From: an uncultured Dehalococcoides sp.
GTDB taxonomy: Bacteria > Chloroflexota > Dehalococcoidia > UBA2979
Length of the DNA: 64,000 nucleotides
Assembly: GCA_964628985.1 (NCBI GenBank)
Contig: CAZVNJ010000011.1
Location: 2,672-66,671 of the forward strand
Direction: 5' to 3'
The stretch's first letter is position 1. Each line of letters starts with the position of its first letter. This document shows positions 56,993 through 64,000 of the stretch, in pieces. Made by a program: the position numbers and the translations under genes. The notes under the pieces are model-generated. The model had not been told where the DNA came from. It saw nothing but the letters and a program-made list of their open reading frames with translations, and ran no database searches.

Positions 56993-59007
56993 TACGGCAT
57001 CAGCCGATCGACGAGCCCGGGCGACACACGTTCGATGAGGCCACCTGACAGCGCCAGGAGAGTCCCGGCCGCGGCCACGACGCCGACCATCATGACCGAC
57101 ATATTCGCCTGCACCTGTCCGGTCTGAGCACGACGGAGGATGTCGCCCGCGATCCGAGTGGCGAAGCCAGCGCCATTCACCGCGCCGTCCACGAGGTACT
57201 TGTCCACCAGGGCAGCGCCGCGGCCGATGCCGTGCAACACGCCTCGGACCATACCGGTCTCGGCGATTTCGTTCACAAAGTAGAGACGCTGCACCACCAT
57301 AGGCAGCGGCCCGAGGCGGCCGCGGATCACAGAAGAGGACGGCATCTGGGCGTAGTAGATCGCCGCCGCAGCCGCGATCCCACCGAGCGCCGCCACCGTC
57401 GAAGCGACGAGCACCACCGGCTCGATTTCGAAGTGGAAGTGTCGGAGCGACGGGTCCAGCGCGCCCTCGACCAGTTCGCCGAAGTAACCGCTCGGGGCGA
57501 TCAGGCCGAAGAAGATCGCGGGGATGGAGAGCATGATCAGCGGGAACGTCATCGACCTCGGCGACTCGTGGAGGCCGCCATGGCCACCTCCGTGGGCGTC
57601 CGCCGAGGTGGAGGCGTGTGCGTCCTGCGCGCCATGCGCGTCGTGGCCGGACCCGTGGTCCTCGGCTGGCGCGCCGCCCTTGTACTCGCCGAAGAACGTC
57701 ATGAAGATCGCGCGGAACATGTAGAGCGCGGTCATGAACGCGACCACGGTGGCGACGACGAAGAGGAACTTATCGTGCTTCCAGGCGTCGAGCAGGATCT
57801 CGTCCTTCGACCAGAACCCGGCCAACGGGAAGACACCCGAGAGCGACAGCGCGCCGATCACGAAGGTGATGAACGTAATCGGCATGTGTTTACGCAGCCC
57901 GCCCATGAGAGGCATCTCGAACGTATTCGTCGCGTGGCTGACCGAGCCAGCGCCTTGGAACAGCAGCGACTTGAAGAAGGCATGCGTGAAGAGGTGGAAC
58001 ATCGCCGCGGGGTACCCCCCGAGCCCGAGCGCCATGACCATGTAGCCCAGCTGCGAGATCGTGGAGTAGGCCAGCACCCGCTTGATGTCGGTGGCGACGA
58101 TGCCCATCGTCGCGGCGAAGATCGCAGTGAAGCCGCCGGTGTAGGCGATCAGCATCTGGATGCCGCCGGGCGCTGCTTCCACCGCGGGGAAGAAGCGCGC
58201 GAGCAGGTACACGCCCGCCGCCACCATCGTGGCCGAGTGGACGATCGAGGAAACCGGCGTCGGCCCCTCCATCGCGTCCGGTAGCCAGAAGTGCAATGGG
58301 AACTGCGCCGACTTGCCCGCGGCCCCGGAGAGCAGGCCGACGACGAAGCCCGCGACGACCGCCCTCGGGAGGTGGTGGACGGCCTCGTTGATCTCGAAGA
58401 TGTCGAAGGTGCCCGTCTTCGACCAGATGAGGATCAGGGCGAGCATGAAGCCAAAGTCGCCGAAGCGTGTGACGATGAACGCCTTCTTCGCGGCCGCCGC
58501 CGCGCTCGGCTTATGGAACCAGAAGCCGATGAGCAGGTACGAGGTCAGGCCCACCAGTTCCCAGTGCACGAACAATTGGAGCAGGCTGGAGGACATCACG
58601 AGGCCCAGCATGGCCGCGGTAAACAGGGACATGAACGCGAAGAAGCGCGCGTAGCCCCCGTCACCTGCCATGTAGCCGGTCGAATAGATCTGCACGAGCA
58701 ACGAAATCGAAGTGACGACGAAGAGCATCATCGCGCTCAGGCCGTCGAGCCGGATCCCCAGTTCCACCTGGAACTCGAACAAGGACATCCAGTGGTGCGA
58801 TGCGAAGCCGACGGACTCACCGTCGTGGCCGGAGACAGTGTCCAGTGCCCAGACCGCGAGGAGCCACGCCACGAAGACGGCCCCGATGGTGACGCGCCCA
58901 GCCAGCAGCGGGCGCGAGCGCAGGAATCCGACGATCGCGAGGAAGGACGCGACCGGCGCGAAGTAGATGGCCCAGACGGCCGCCTCGGGGATGTCAGGGA
59001 GCAGCAT
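56992..59007 (-). CDS. nuoL: NADH-quinone oxidoreductase subunit L
   Basis: 671-aa antiporter-like subunit with the conserved FWLPDAMEGPTP segment and the long C-terminal extension characteristic of NuoL. It contains a His/Asp-rich loop (aa 441-485). Confidence 0.92.
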   Translation of the reverse strand: MLLPDIPEAAVWAIYFAPVASFLAIVGFLRSRPLLAGRVTIGAVFVAWLLAVWALDTVSGHDGESVGFASHHWMSLFEFQVELGIRLDGLSAMMLFVVTSISLLVQIYSTGYMAGDGGYARFFAFMSLFTAAMLGLVMSSSLLQLFVHWELVGLTSYLLIGFWFHKPSAAAAAKKAFIVTRFGDFGFMLALILIWSKTGTFDIFEINEAVHHLPRAVVAGFVVGLLSGAAGKSAQFPLHFWLPDAMEGPTPVSSIVHSATMVAAGVYLLARFFPAVEAAPGGIQMLIAYTGGFTAIFAATMGIVATDIKRVLAYSTISQLGYMVMALGLGGYPAAMFHLFTHAFFKSLLFQGAGSVSHATNTFEMPLMGGLRKHMPITFITFVIGALSLSGVFPLAGFWSKDEILLDAWKHDKFLFVVATVVAFMTALYMFRAIFMTFFGEYKGGAPAEDHGSGHDAHGAQDAHASTSADAHGGGHGGLHESPRSMTFPLIMLSIPAIFFGLIAPSGYFGELVEGALDPSLRHFHFEIEPVVLVASTVAALGGIAAAAAIYYAQMPSSSVIRGRLGPLPMVVQRLYFVNEIAETGMVRGVLHGIGRGAALVDKYLVDGAVNGAGFATRIAGDILRRAQTGQVQANMSVMMVGVVAAAGTLLALSGGLIERVSPGLVDRLMP

Positions 59008-59195
59008 TAGATTTTGTTCAGTACCTCGCGTGCCACGTGCGTCTTGCCATCAGGCACCCAGATCTCGCGTGGGTCCTTCATCCCGCCCACTTCAACCGGC
59101 GGCACGATGCGCACCGAGAGTGCCTCCTGATTGAAGACCTCCCGCCACATCAGCGCGGCGTAGCCGTCCGCGACATCCATGAACTTCACCCACAT
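59007..59195 (-). CDS. Small soluble hypothetical protein (62 aa) embedded between nuoK and nuoL, DUF2007-like by eye
   Basis: The ATG lies 19 nt after the nuoK TAG. Its TAA overlaps the nuoL ATG (TAATG). The product MWVKFMDVADGYAALMWREVFNQEALSVRIVPPVEVGGMKDPREIWVPDGKTHVAREVLNKI has no hydrophobic helix. Confidence 0.5.
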   Translation of the reverse strand: MWVKFMDVADGYAALMWREVFNQEALSVRIVPPVEVGGMKDPREIWVPDGKTHVAREVLNKI

Positions 59196-59214
59196 CGGCG
59201 TCGCCCTTTGCCCG

Positions 59215-59571
59215 CTACCAGCGCATCAGGTTGACGCGGTCGAGGTCGACAGTCTCCCGACGGCGGTAGACCAGCACCGCCATCGCCAGCGCCACGGCTG
59301 CCTCGGCCGCCGCGACGGTGAGCACGAACACGACGAACACGTGCCCGTCCAGCGGCGCGTCTCCCGTCCGGTCGAAGGAGGACGAGAAGCGGGAGAAGGC
59401 CAGTACCGTCAGGTTCACAGCATTCAGCATCAGCTCGACACCCATCAGCACGGCGACCGCGTTCCGCTTCGAGAGCGCGACCATCGTCCCGATCGCGAAG
59501 ATCGTCCCGGCAAGGCCGAGATAATGCGCGAGCGTGATGCTCAGGTCCTCGATGGCCGGGATCGGGGGCAT
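59215..59571 (-). CDS. nuoK: NADH-quinone oxidoreductase subunit K
   Basis: ATG 59571 is in frame in ORF 59215-59757 and overlaps the nuoJ TGA. The 118-aa three-helix protein carries the conserved GVELMLNAVN segment. Confidence 0.9.
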   Translation of the reverse strand: MPPIPAIEDLSITLAHYLGLAGTIFAIGTMVALSKRNAVAVLMGVELMLNAVNLTVLAFSRFSSSFDRTGDAPLDGHVFVVFVLTVAAAEAAVALAMAVLVYRRRETVDLDRVNLMRW

Positions 59572-60098
59572 CAGGAGTCCTCCCCGACGCGCCGCCGCTC
59601 CTGCACGAGCACAATCGCGCCGAGCAGCGCGAACAGCAGGAGCACCGATGCGACCTCGAAGGCCAGGATGTACTTGCCGAGCAGCAGGTCGCCGATCGCG
59701 GAGACGGTCGTGGTGAAGTCGCTGGTGCCCAACGCCTCGCCTTTCCGCTCGTCCCACTCGGTGTCGATGGCGACGAACCCGATCATGCTGGCGAGTCCGC
59801 CCGCGGCGAGCATCGCCGGAATCACGTACAGCGTCGAGCCATTGTTCCGGGAGGCGAGCGGCGTCAGCATCACGGCGAAGACCATGAGGACTGAGATGGA
59901 CCCCGCATAGATCAGGATCTGCGCCACGGCGATGAAGTCCGCGCTCAGCGTCAGGAAGAGCCCGGCCATTCCGAGGAAGGACAGCACGAGGAACGCGAGG
60001 GCGTGCAGCAGGTTCCGGGCGACGAAGACGAGCAGCGCGGAAGCCACCGTCACCCCGGACAGCGCGAAGAACGCCAGGATGATGCCCGGGGACTCCAC
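59571..60098 (-). CDS. nuoJ: NADH-quinone oxidoreductase subunit J
   Basis: 175-aa hydrophobic protein (GTG start) with the NuoJ pattern (AVAQILIYAGSISVLMVFAVML). It starts immediately after the nuoH stop codon. Confidence 0.88.
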   Translation of the reverse strand: MESPGIILAFFALSGVTVASALLVFVARNLLHALAFLVLSFLGMAGLFLTLSADFIAVAQILIYAGSISVLMVFAVMLTPLASRNNGSTLYVIPAMLAAGGLASMIGFVAIDTEWDERKGEALGTSDFTTTVSAIGDLLLGKYILAFEVASVLLLFALLGAIVLVQERRRVGEDS

Positions 60099-61520
60099 CT
60101 AGCCGCCTCGCATCTTCTGAGCGGCCTTCAGGCCGCCGAGCGTCGTCGCCATGACGGGGGGCTGCGCAGCCACCTCAGGCGCGTAGCCAAGCGCGCGCGC
60201 CCAGCGTCGCACCATCTCCACCGTCAGGCCCAGGTTGAGCATCGCGAACGCCGCCAATGGGAAGAGCGCGGGGGCCTCCCAACGCGCGAAGATCGAGGCC
60301 TCCACCGCGACGAGCAGCACCTGCGCGACGGACAGCGGGATCAAGAACTTCCACGCGTAGCCCATCAACTGGTCCAGGCGGAAGCGCGGCAGCGTTCCGC
60401 GCAGCCAGACAAAGAAGAAGTACACGAGGCCGGTCTTCGTGGCGAGGATGAGGTAGCCGGGGATCCATGTCTCCAGCCCAAACATCGTGTAGCCGCCGAG
60501 GAAGAACGTGGACATGAGCGCGCCGACGAGGATCGCGTTGCCGAGCTCCACGCCCATGAAGAGCCCGGCTTTCATGCCGGAGTATTCCGTATAGAAGCCC
60601 GCCACGATCTCGGACTCCGCCTCGCCGATGTCGTTCGGCGTGCGGTTGATCTCCGCGGTGCTGGAGAACAAGAAGGTGAACGCGGCGAAGGGCAGTAGGA
60701 GCAGTAGCCAGACGTTGTAGTTCGCCTGCCACGCGACAATCGACGAGAGCTGCATCGAGCCAGTCATCAGGACGACGGCGAGAAGCGCGAGCGAGATCGG
60801 GATCTCGTACGAGATCATCATGGCCACGGTGCGCATCGCGCCCAGAAGCGAGTAGTGGTTGTTCGACGACCAGCCGGCGAGGAACACGCCCAGGACGCCA
60901 AGCGATGAGATCGCAATGACGTAGAGGATGCCGACGTTCAGGTCGAGGAACGACATCTTCTCCGCCCACGGGACGGGGCCCCAGCCGAGGATGGCCGGGA
61001 TGAAGATGATCACCGGCGGCGCGAAGTACAGGAGGCGGTCCGCGGCGCGCGGGATCACCACTTCTTTCTGCATCAACTTCACGGCGTCCGCGATCGGCTG
61101 GAACAGGCCGAACGGCCCCGTCCGGTTCGGGCCCTGGCGGATCTGGAACTTCGCCAGGACGCGGCGTTCCACCCATGACCCGATCAAGAGCCAGCCGCCT
61201 ACGACCGAGAGGATGCCGAGGGCACCCAGCAGGGCCGTGGTCACGTACGGCACCGCCGGGTGGAAGCCCTCGTCCTGCATCCAACCGCGGAGGCCGCTGG
61301 TGATGTTCCCCAGGTCGCGGATGTCGTACCAGTGGCCGTCGAGTCGCCCGTCGACGACGACGTAGGCGATCGCGAGATTGGCGAGCAGGAAGCCGCCGAG
61401 GAGGAGGAGCGCGAAGCCCTTCCACTCCTTGCTCACGCCCATGAACCGCTGGAGCAGCGAGCGATGCTCTGCGATCTGCCGCAGCATCGGCGTGGCGGGA
61501 CGCATCGGCTCGTCGCTCAT
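60099..61520 (-). CDS. nuoH: NADH-quinone oxidoreductase subunit H, with N- and C-terminal extensions
   Basis: The core motif is ERRVLAKFQIRQGPNRTGPFGLFQPIADAVKL, with PRFRLDQLM later. ATG 61520 overlaps the nuoD TGA (ATGA). A shorter form could start at ATG 61280. Confidence 0.9.
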   Translation of the reverse strand: MSDEPMRPATPMLRQIAEHRSLLQRFMGVSKEWKGFALLLLGGFLLANLAIAYVVVDGRLDGHWYDIRDLGNITSGLRGWMQDEGFHPAVPYVTTALLGALGILSVVGGWLLIGSWVERRVLAKFQIRQGPNRTGPFGLFQPIADAVKLMQKEVVIPRAADRLLYFAPPVIIFIPAILGWGPVPWAEKMSFLDLNVGILYVIAISSLGVLGVFLAGWSSNNHYSLLGAMRTVAMMISYEIPISLALLAVVLMTGSMQLSSIVAWQANYNVWLLLLLPFAAFTFLFSSTAEINRTPNDIGEAESEIVAGFYTEYSGMKAGLFMGVELGNAILVGALMSTFFLGGYTMFGLETWIPGYLILATKTGLVYFFFVWLRGTLPRFRLDQLMGYAWKFLIPLSVAQVLLVAVEASIFARWEAPALFPLAAFAMLNLGLTVEMVRRWARALGYAPEVAAQPPVMATTLGGLKAAQKMRGG

Positions 61521-62620
61521 CGGTCGATCTCCCCGACCACGATGTCGATCGAGCCGAGCGTCACGACGGCGTCCGGGAGCGAGGCGCCGCGCGCCAGTTC
61601 GCGGAGGAGCGAGAGGTTGATGAGCGACGGTGCGCGGAGGTGGAAGCGGTACGGCGCCGGGCCGCCATCTGAGACCAGGTAGAACCCCGTCTCACCCCGC
61701 GGGCCTTCCACGCGGGCATAGACCTCGCCCACGGGAGGACGGAGCGCCAGCGGGATGTCGTTCTTGTGCGGCCCGGGCGGGATCTGAGCGATGGCCTGCT
61801 TCAGGATGCGGCTGGACTCGCGCGTCTCCATCATCCGGCACATGAAGCGGTCGTATACGTCGCCTCGCGTCCCCACCGGGACATCGAAGTCGAAACGGTC
61901 ATAGACGCAGTACGGCTCGGCCTTGCGGAGGTCCCACGGGACACCCGAGCCACGCAGGGCCGGACCGACGAGCGAGCCGTTGATGGCGTCCTCGGGCGTG
62001 ATCACGCCGATGCCGCGCGTGCGGGCCAGGAAGATCTCGTTGTCAGCGAGCAACTCCATGTACTCATCGATGCGGCCCGGCAGTTCCGCGACCAATTCGT
62101 TCAGCGCCGGCCAGAACTCCGCCGGCGGTTCGAACGAGACGCCCCCAGCGCGCATGTAGTTCGTCGTGAGCCGCGCGCCGCAGGTCATCTCGAACAGGTC
62201 GAGGATCTTCTCGCGCTCGCGGAACATGTAGAGCAGCGGCGTCTGCCACGCCCCTGCGTCCGACACCAACGTGCCATTCGCCATCGCGTGACTGGCGATG
62301 CGCTGCAGTTCCGCGAAAATCACGCGCAGGTAGGACGCCCGCTCGGGCACCTCGATGCCCGCCAGGCGCTCGATGCCGAGCGCGAGACCGAGGTTGCCGG
62401 ACATCGCGGCCAGGTAGTCAGCGCGGTCCGTGAACGGGATGTTCTGCGTGTAGGTGCGCTCCTCGGCCAGTTTCTCCATCGAGCGGTGGAGGTAGCCCAC
62501 GATCATGTCGAGGTCGCGGATGACCTCGCCATCCATCACGACGCGGACGCGGAACACCCCATGCGTGGAGGGGTGCTGCGGCCCGATGTTGAGGACGTAT
62601 GGCTCGGCGGTGGAGTTCAC
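61517..62620 (-). CDS. nuoD: NADH-quinone oxidoreductase subunit D
   Basis: 367-aa ORF (GTG start) with N-terminal NIGPQHPSTHGV and a C-terminal ...LGSIDIVVGEIDR typical of NuoD/49-kDa subunits. Confidence 0.94.
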   Translation of the reverse strand: MNSTAEPYVLNIGPQHPSTHGVFRVRVVMDGEVIRDLDMIVGYLHRSMEKLAEERTYTQNIPFTDRADYLAAMSGNLGLALGIERLAGIEVPERASYLRVIFAELQRIASHAMANGTLVSDAGAWQTPLLYMFREREKILDLFEMTCGARLTTNYMRAGGVSFEPPAEFWPALNELVAELPGRIDEYMELLADNEIFLARTRGIGVITPEDAINGSLVGPALRGSGVPWDLRKAEPYCVYDRFDFDVPVGTRGDVYDRFMCRMMETRESSRILKQAIAQIPPGPHKNDIPLALRPPVGEVYARVEGPRGETGFYLVSDGGPAPYRFHLRAPSLINLSLLRELARGASLPDAVVTLGSIDIVVGEIDR

Positions 62621-62622
62621 GG

Positions 62623-63243
62623 CTAGTGCCCCCCGTGCGGGCCGCCGTGCGTGCCCAGGTGTTCGGTGCTGGTCTCTCGGTCGCCCGTCACTCGAATGTT
62701 GCCCGCGTTCAGCATCCGGTCGGGGGTTTCTTTGTCCTCGAACGGGAATCGGGCGAGGCCGGGGTTCACGTCCTTACCAGTGATCTGACCGAGGCCAAGG
62801 AAGTCTTTGCGCAGCGGGAAGGCGGGGTACCCCTCCCAGAGGAAGAGGCGGCGAAGATCCGGGTGACCGTCGAAACGGATCCCCATGAGGTCATAGACCT
62901 CGCGCTCCTGCAGCAGCGCCCCCTTGTAGACGGGGTAGGCACTCGGCAGGACGGGGTTCTCGTGATCCTCAACGATCGCCTTCACGACGACCTGGTGGTT
63001 CAAGTCCAGCGACTGCAGGTGGTAGACGACTTCGAAGTGGGTGTGGCGGTCCACGCTGGTCAGATTGGAGAGCTGGGCCGCGTCGAAGGCCTCGGAGTCA
63101 TGGAGCCAGCGAAGGACGTCCAACACCCGGTCTGAACGCACCTCGACCCACTCGACATGGCGGCCGATGACCGCGCCGCGCACGGAGACGTCAAGGGCGT
63201 CTGCGACTCGGTGCCCGACCAACTGGTTCGGCCCGGCCGGCAT
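62623..63243 (-). CDS. nuoC: NADH-quinone oxidoreductase subunit C
   Basis: ATG 63243 is in frame in ORF 62623-63363 and overlaps the nuoA TGA. The 30-kDa subunit signature is EREVYDLMGIRFDGHPDLRRLFL...PLRKDF. A ~55-aa Cys-free tail follows. Confidence 0.88.
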   Translation of the reverse strand: MPAGPNQLVGHRVADALDVSVRGAVIGRHVEWVEVRSDRVLDVLRWLHDSEAFDAAQLSNLTSVDRHTHFEVVYHLQSLDLNHQVVVKAIVEDHENPVLPSAYPVYKGALLQEREVYDLMGIRFDGHPDLRRLFLWEGYPAFPLRKDFLGLGQITGKDVNPGLARFPFEDKETPDRMLNAGNIRVTGDRETSTEHLGTHGGPHGGH

Positions 63244-63617
63244 CAGCGCCACTCCAGCGCGCGCTTGCGCCAGGCGTAGGCCAGTCCGAACACAAGGATC
63301 CCCATGAAGAGTGCCGCCTTGAAGAGCGTCTCCAGGGGCATGGCGGCGTGGTTCACCGCCCACGGGTAAAGGAAGATCACCTCAACGTCGAAAATCACGA
63401 AGCCCAGTGCGAAGAGGTAGTAGCGGGCGTTGAATTGGCCCCAGGACGAGCCCTCGGCCTCCACGCCGCACTCATAGGTGGCGTTCTTCACCGGGTCCGG
63501 GTGGCTGGGCCTGACCTTGATCAGACCGAAGAGGAACGAGATCGCGAGGGGGAGCACCGGAAATCCGAGTGCAAAGATGAGGAGGACGGCGACGCGACCG
63601 AATTGCTCCGGGATCAC
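63243..63617 (-). CDS. nuoA: NADH-quinone oxidoreductase subunit A
   Basis: 124-aa three-helix protein (GTG start, AAAGGA SD) with the conserved YECG...F-x-x-RYY...FVIFDVE..FLYPW motif. Confidence 0.9.
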   Translation of the reverse strand: MIPEQFGRVAVLLIFALGFPVLPLAISFLFGLIKVRPSHPDPVKNATYECGVEAEGSSWGQFNARYYLFALGFVIFDVEVIFLYPWAVNHAAMPLETLFKAALFMGILVFGLAYAWRKRALEWR

Positions 63618-64000
63618 GCGGCGTCCTTTCGAGGCCGTCCGTCAGTGCCCCGCGCTCTCGCGGCAAGCCGTAACGGAGCCGTCTGCGTCCGTCAGGGAGT
63701 CTGACCGAGACCGCGCGGAACGTAACACCCTCCCTAATGGGGTGCAATGAATCCGGGAGATCCGGTCCCCGTGAGGGTGGGAATCCGCCAGCCGGCGTTT
63801 CCGGGCGGGGGGCGCCGTTCACATTCGTATTGACCCGCTGACGGAGGCCCGACTAGAGTGCGCGCGGTCGCGGCGGGCGCGCACCGGTCCACTGTCTCCT
63901 CAGTGCGGCACGCCTCGCTACGTCGCTTCCACGACGGCCCTTGCCGGGCCGCCGCTGTCCATCGAGTGGTGGAGGCGTCCTGCCTCCCGAGCGACAGAAA

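Noticed and set aside
53718-58284. Plus-strand ORFs 53718-55730, 56180-57127 and 57232-58284 opposite ybeY, nuoN, nuoM and nuoL. The minus-strand, out-of-frame ORF 60175-61425 inside nuoH belongs to the same class.
   Set aside because: They lie antisense to, or out of frame with, polytopic membrane subunits. The translations are extremely charged (Arg/Asp/Glu/His), as expected from reading hydrophobic codons in reverse.
63830-63859. Plus-strand sigma70-like promoter: TTGACC (63830-63835), 18 nt, then TAGAGT (63854-63859), pointing out of the window.
   Set aside because: It is a plausible match, but the downstream gene lies beyond position 64000. It cannot be evaluated and is therefore not reported as a feature.

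Overview
High-G+C, gene-dense bacterial chromosomal segment with about 65 credible CDS and 2 tRNAs. I found no rRNA, CRISPR array, transposase, integrase or obvious mobile element. Most of the window is core housekeeping:
- a PyrR-controlled pyrimidine operon (pyrR-pyrB-pyrC-carA-[GNAT]-[unknown]-carB-[HAD]-pyrK), with pyrD displaced 3.2 kb away;
- relA/spoT, hisS, prfA-prmC, metG-tatD-polyprenyl synthase, and ppa;
- one long minus-strand gene string, nuoA-C-D-H-J-K-x-L-M-N, ybeY, dnaX, recR, recO.

Accessory content:
- a CPA2 antiporter;
- a DUF4097/RHH pair;
- an Mrp-NYN operon;
- an HDOD protein next to a very large multi-GAF GGDEF protein;
- tandem cyclophilins;
- an ArsR-SRPBCC pair;
- CoA-transferase and carboxyltransferase genes.

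Gene content is compatible with a Chloroflexota/Thermomicrobia-like or actinobacterial-like lineage. That cannot be decided without a database search.

The most unusual signals I can support from the sequence are:
1. A complex-I-like operon with no NuoB, NuoI or NuoEFG. Overlapping stop/start codons leave no room for them, and a 62-aa ORF is coupled between nuoK and nuoL.
2. Three passenger genes translationally coupled inside the pyr operon, one of them a 2H-phosphoesterase-like protein with a degenerate second motif.
3. A CoA-transferase A subunit interrupted by a single in-frame TGA.
4. A 50-aa Gln/Gly-rich micro-ORF with a strong SD and an intrinsic terminator.

Many long ORFs in the supplied track are antisense or out-of-frame artefacts of the high G+C content and were rejected. 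All functional calls rest on motif recognition by eye, and none has been verified by search.
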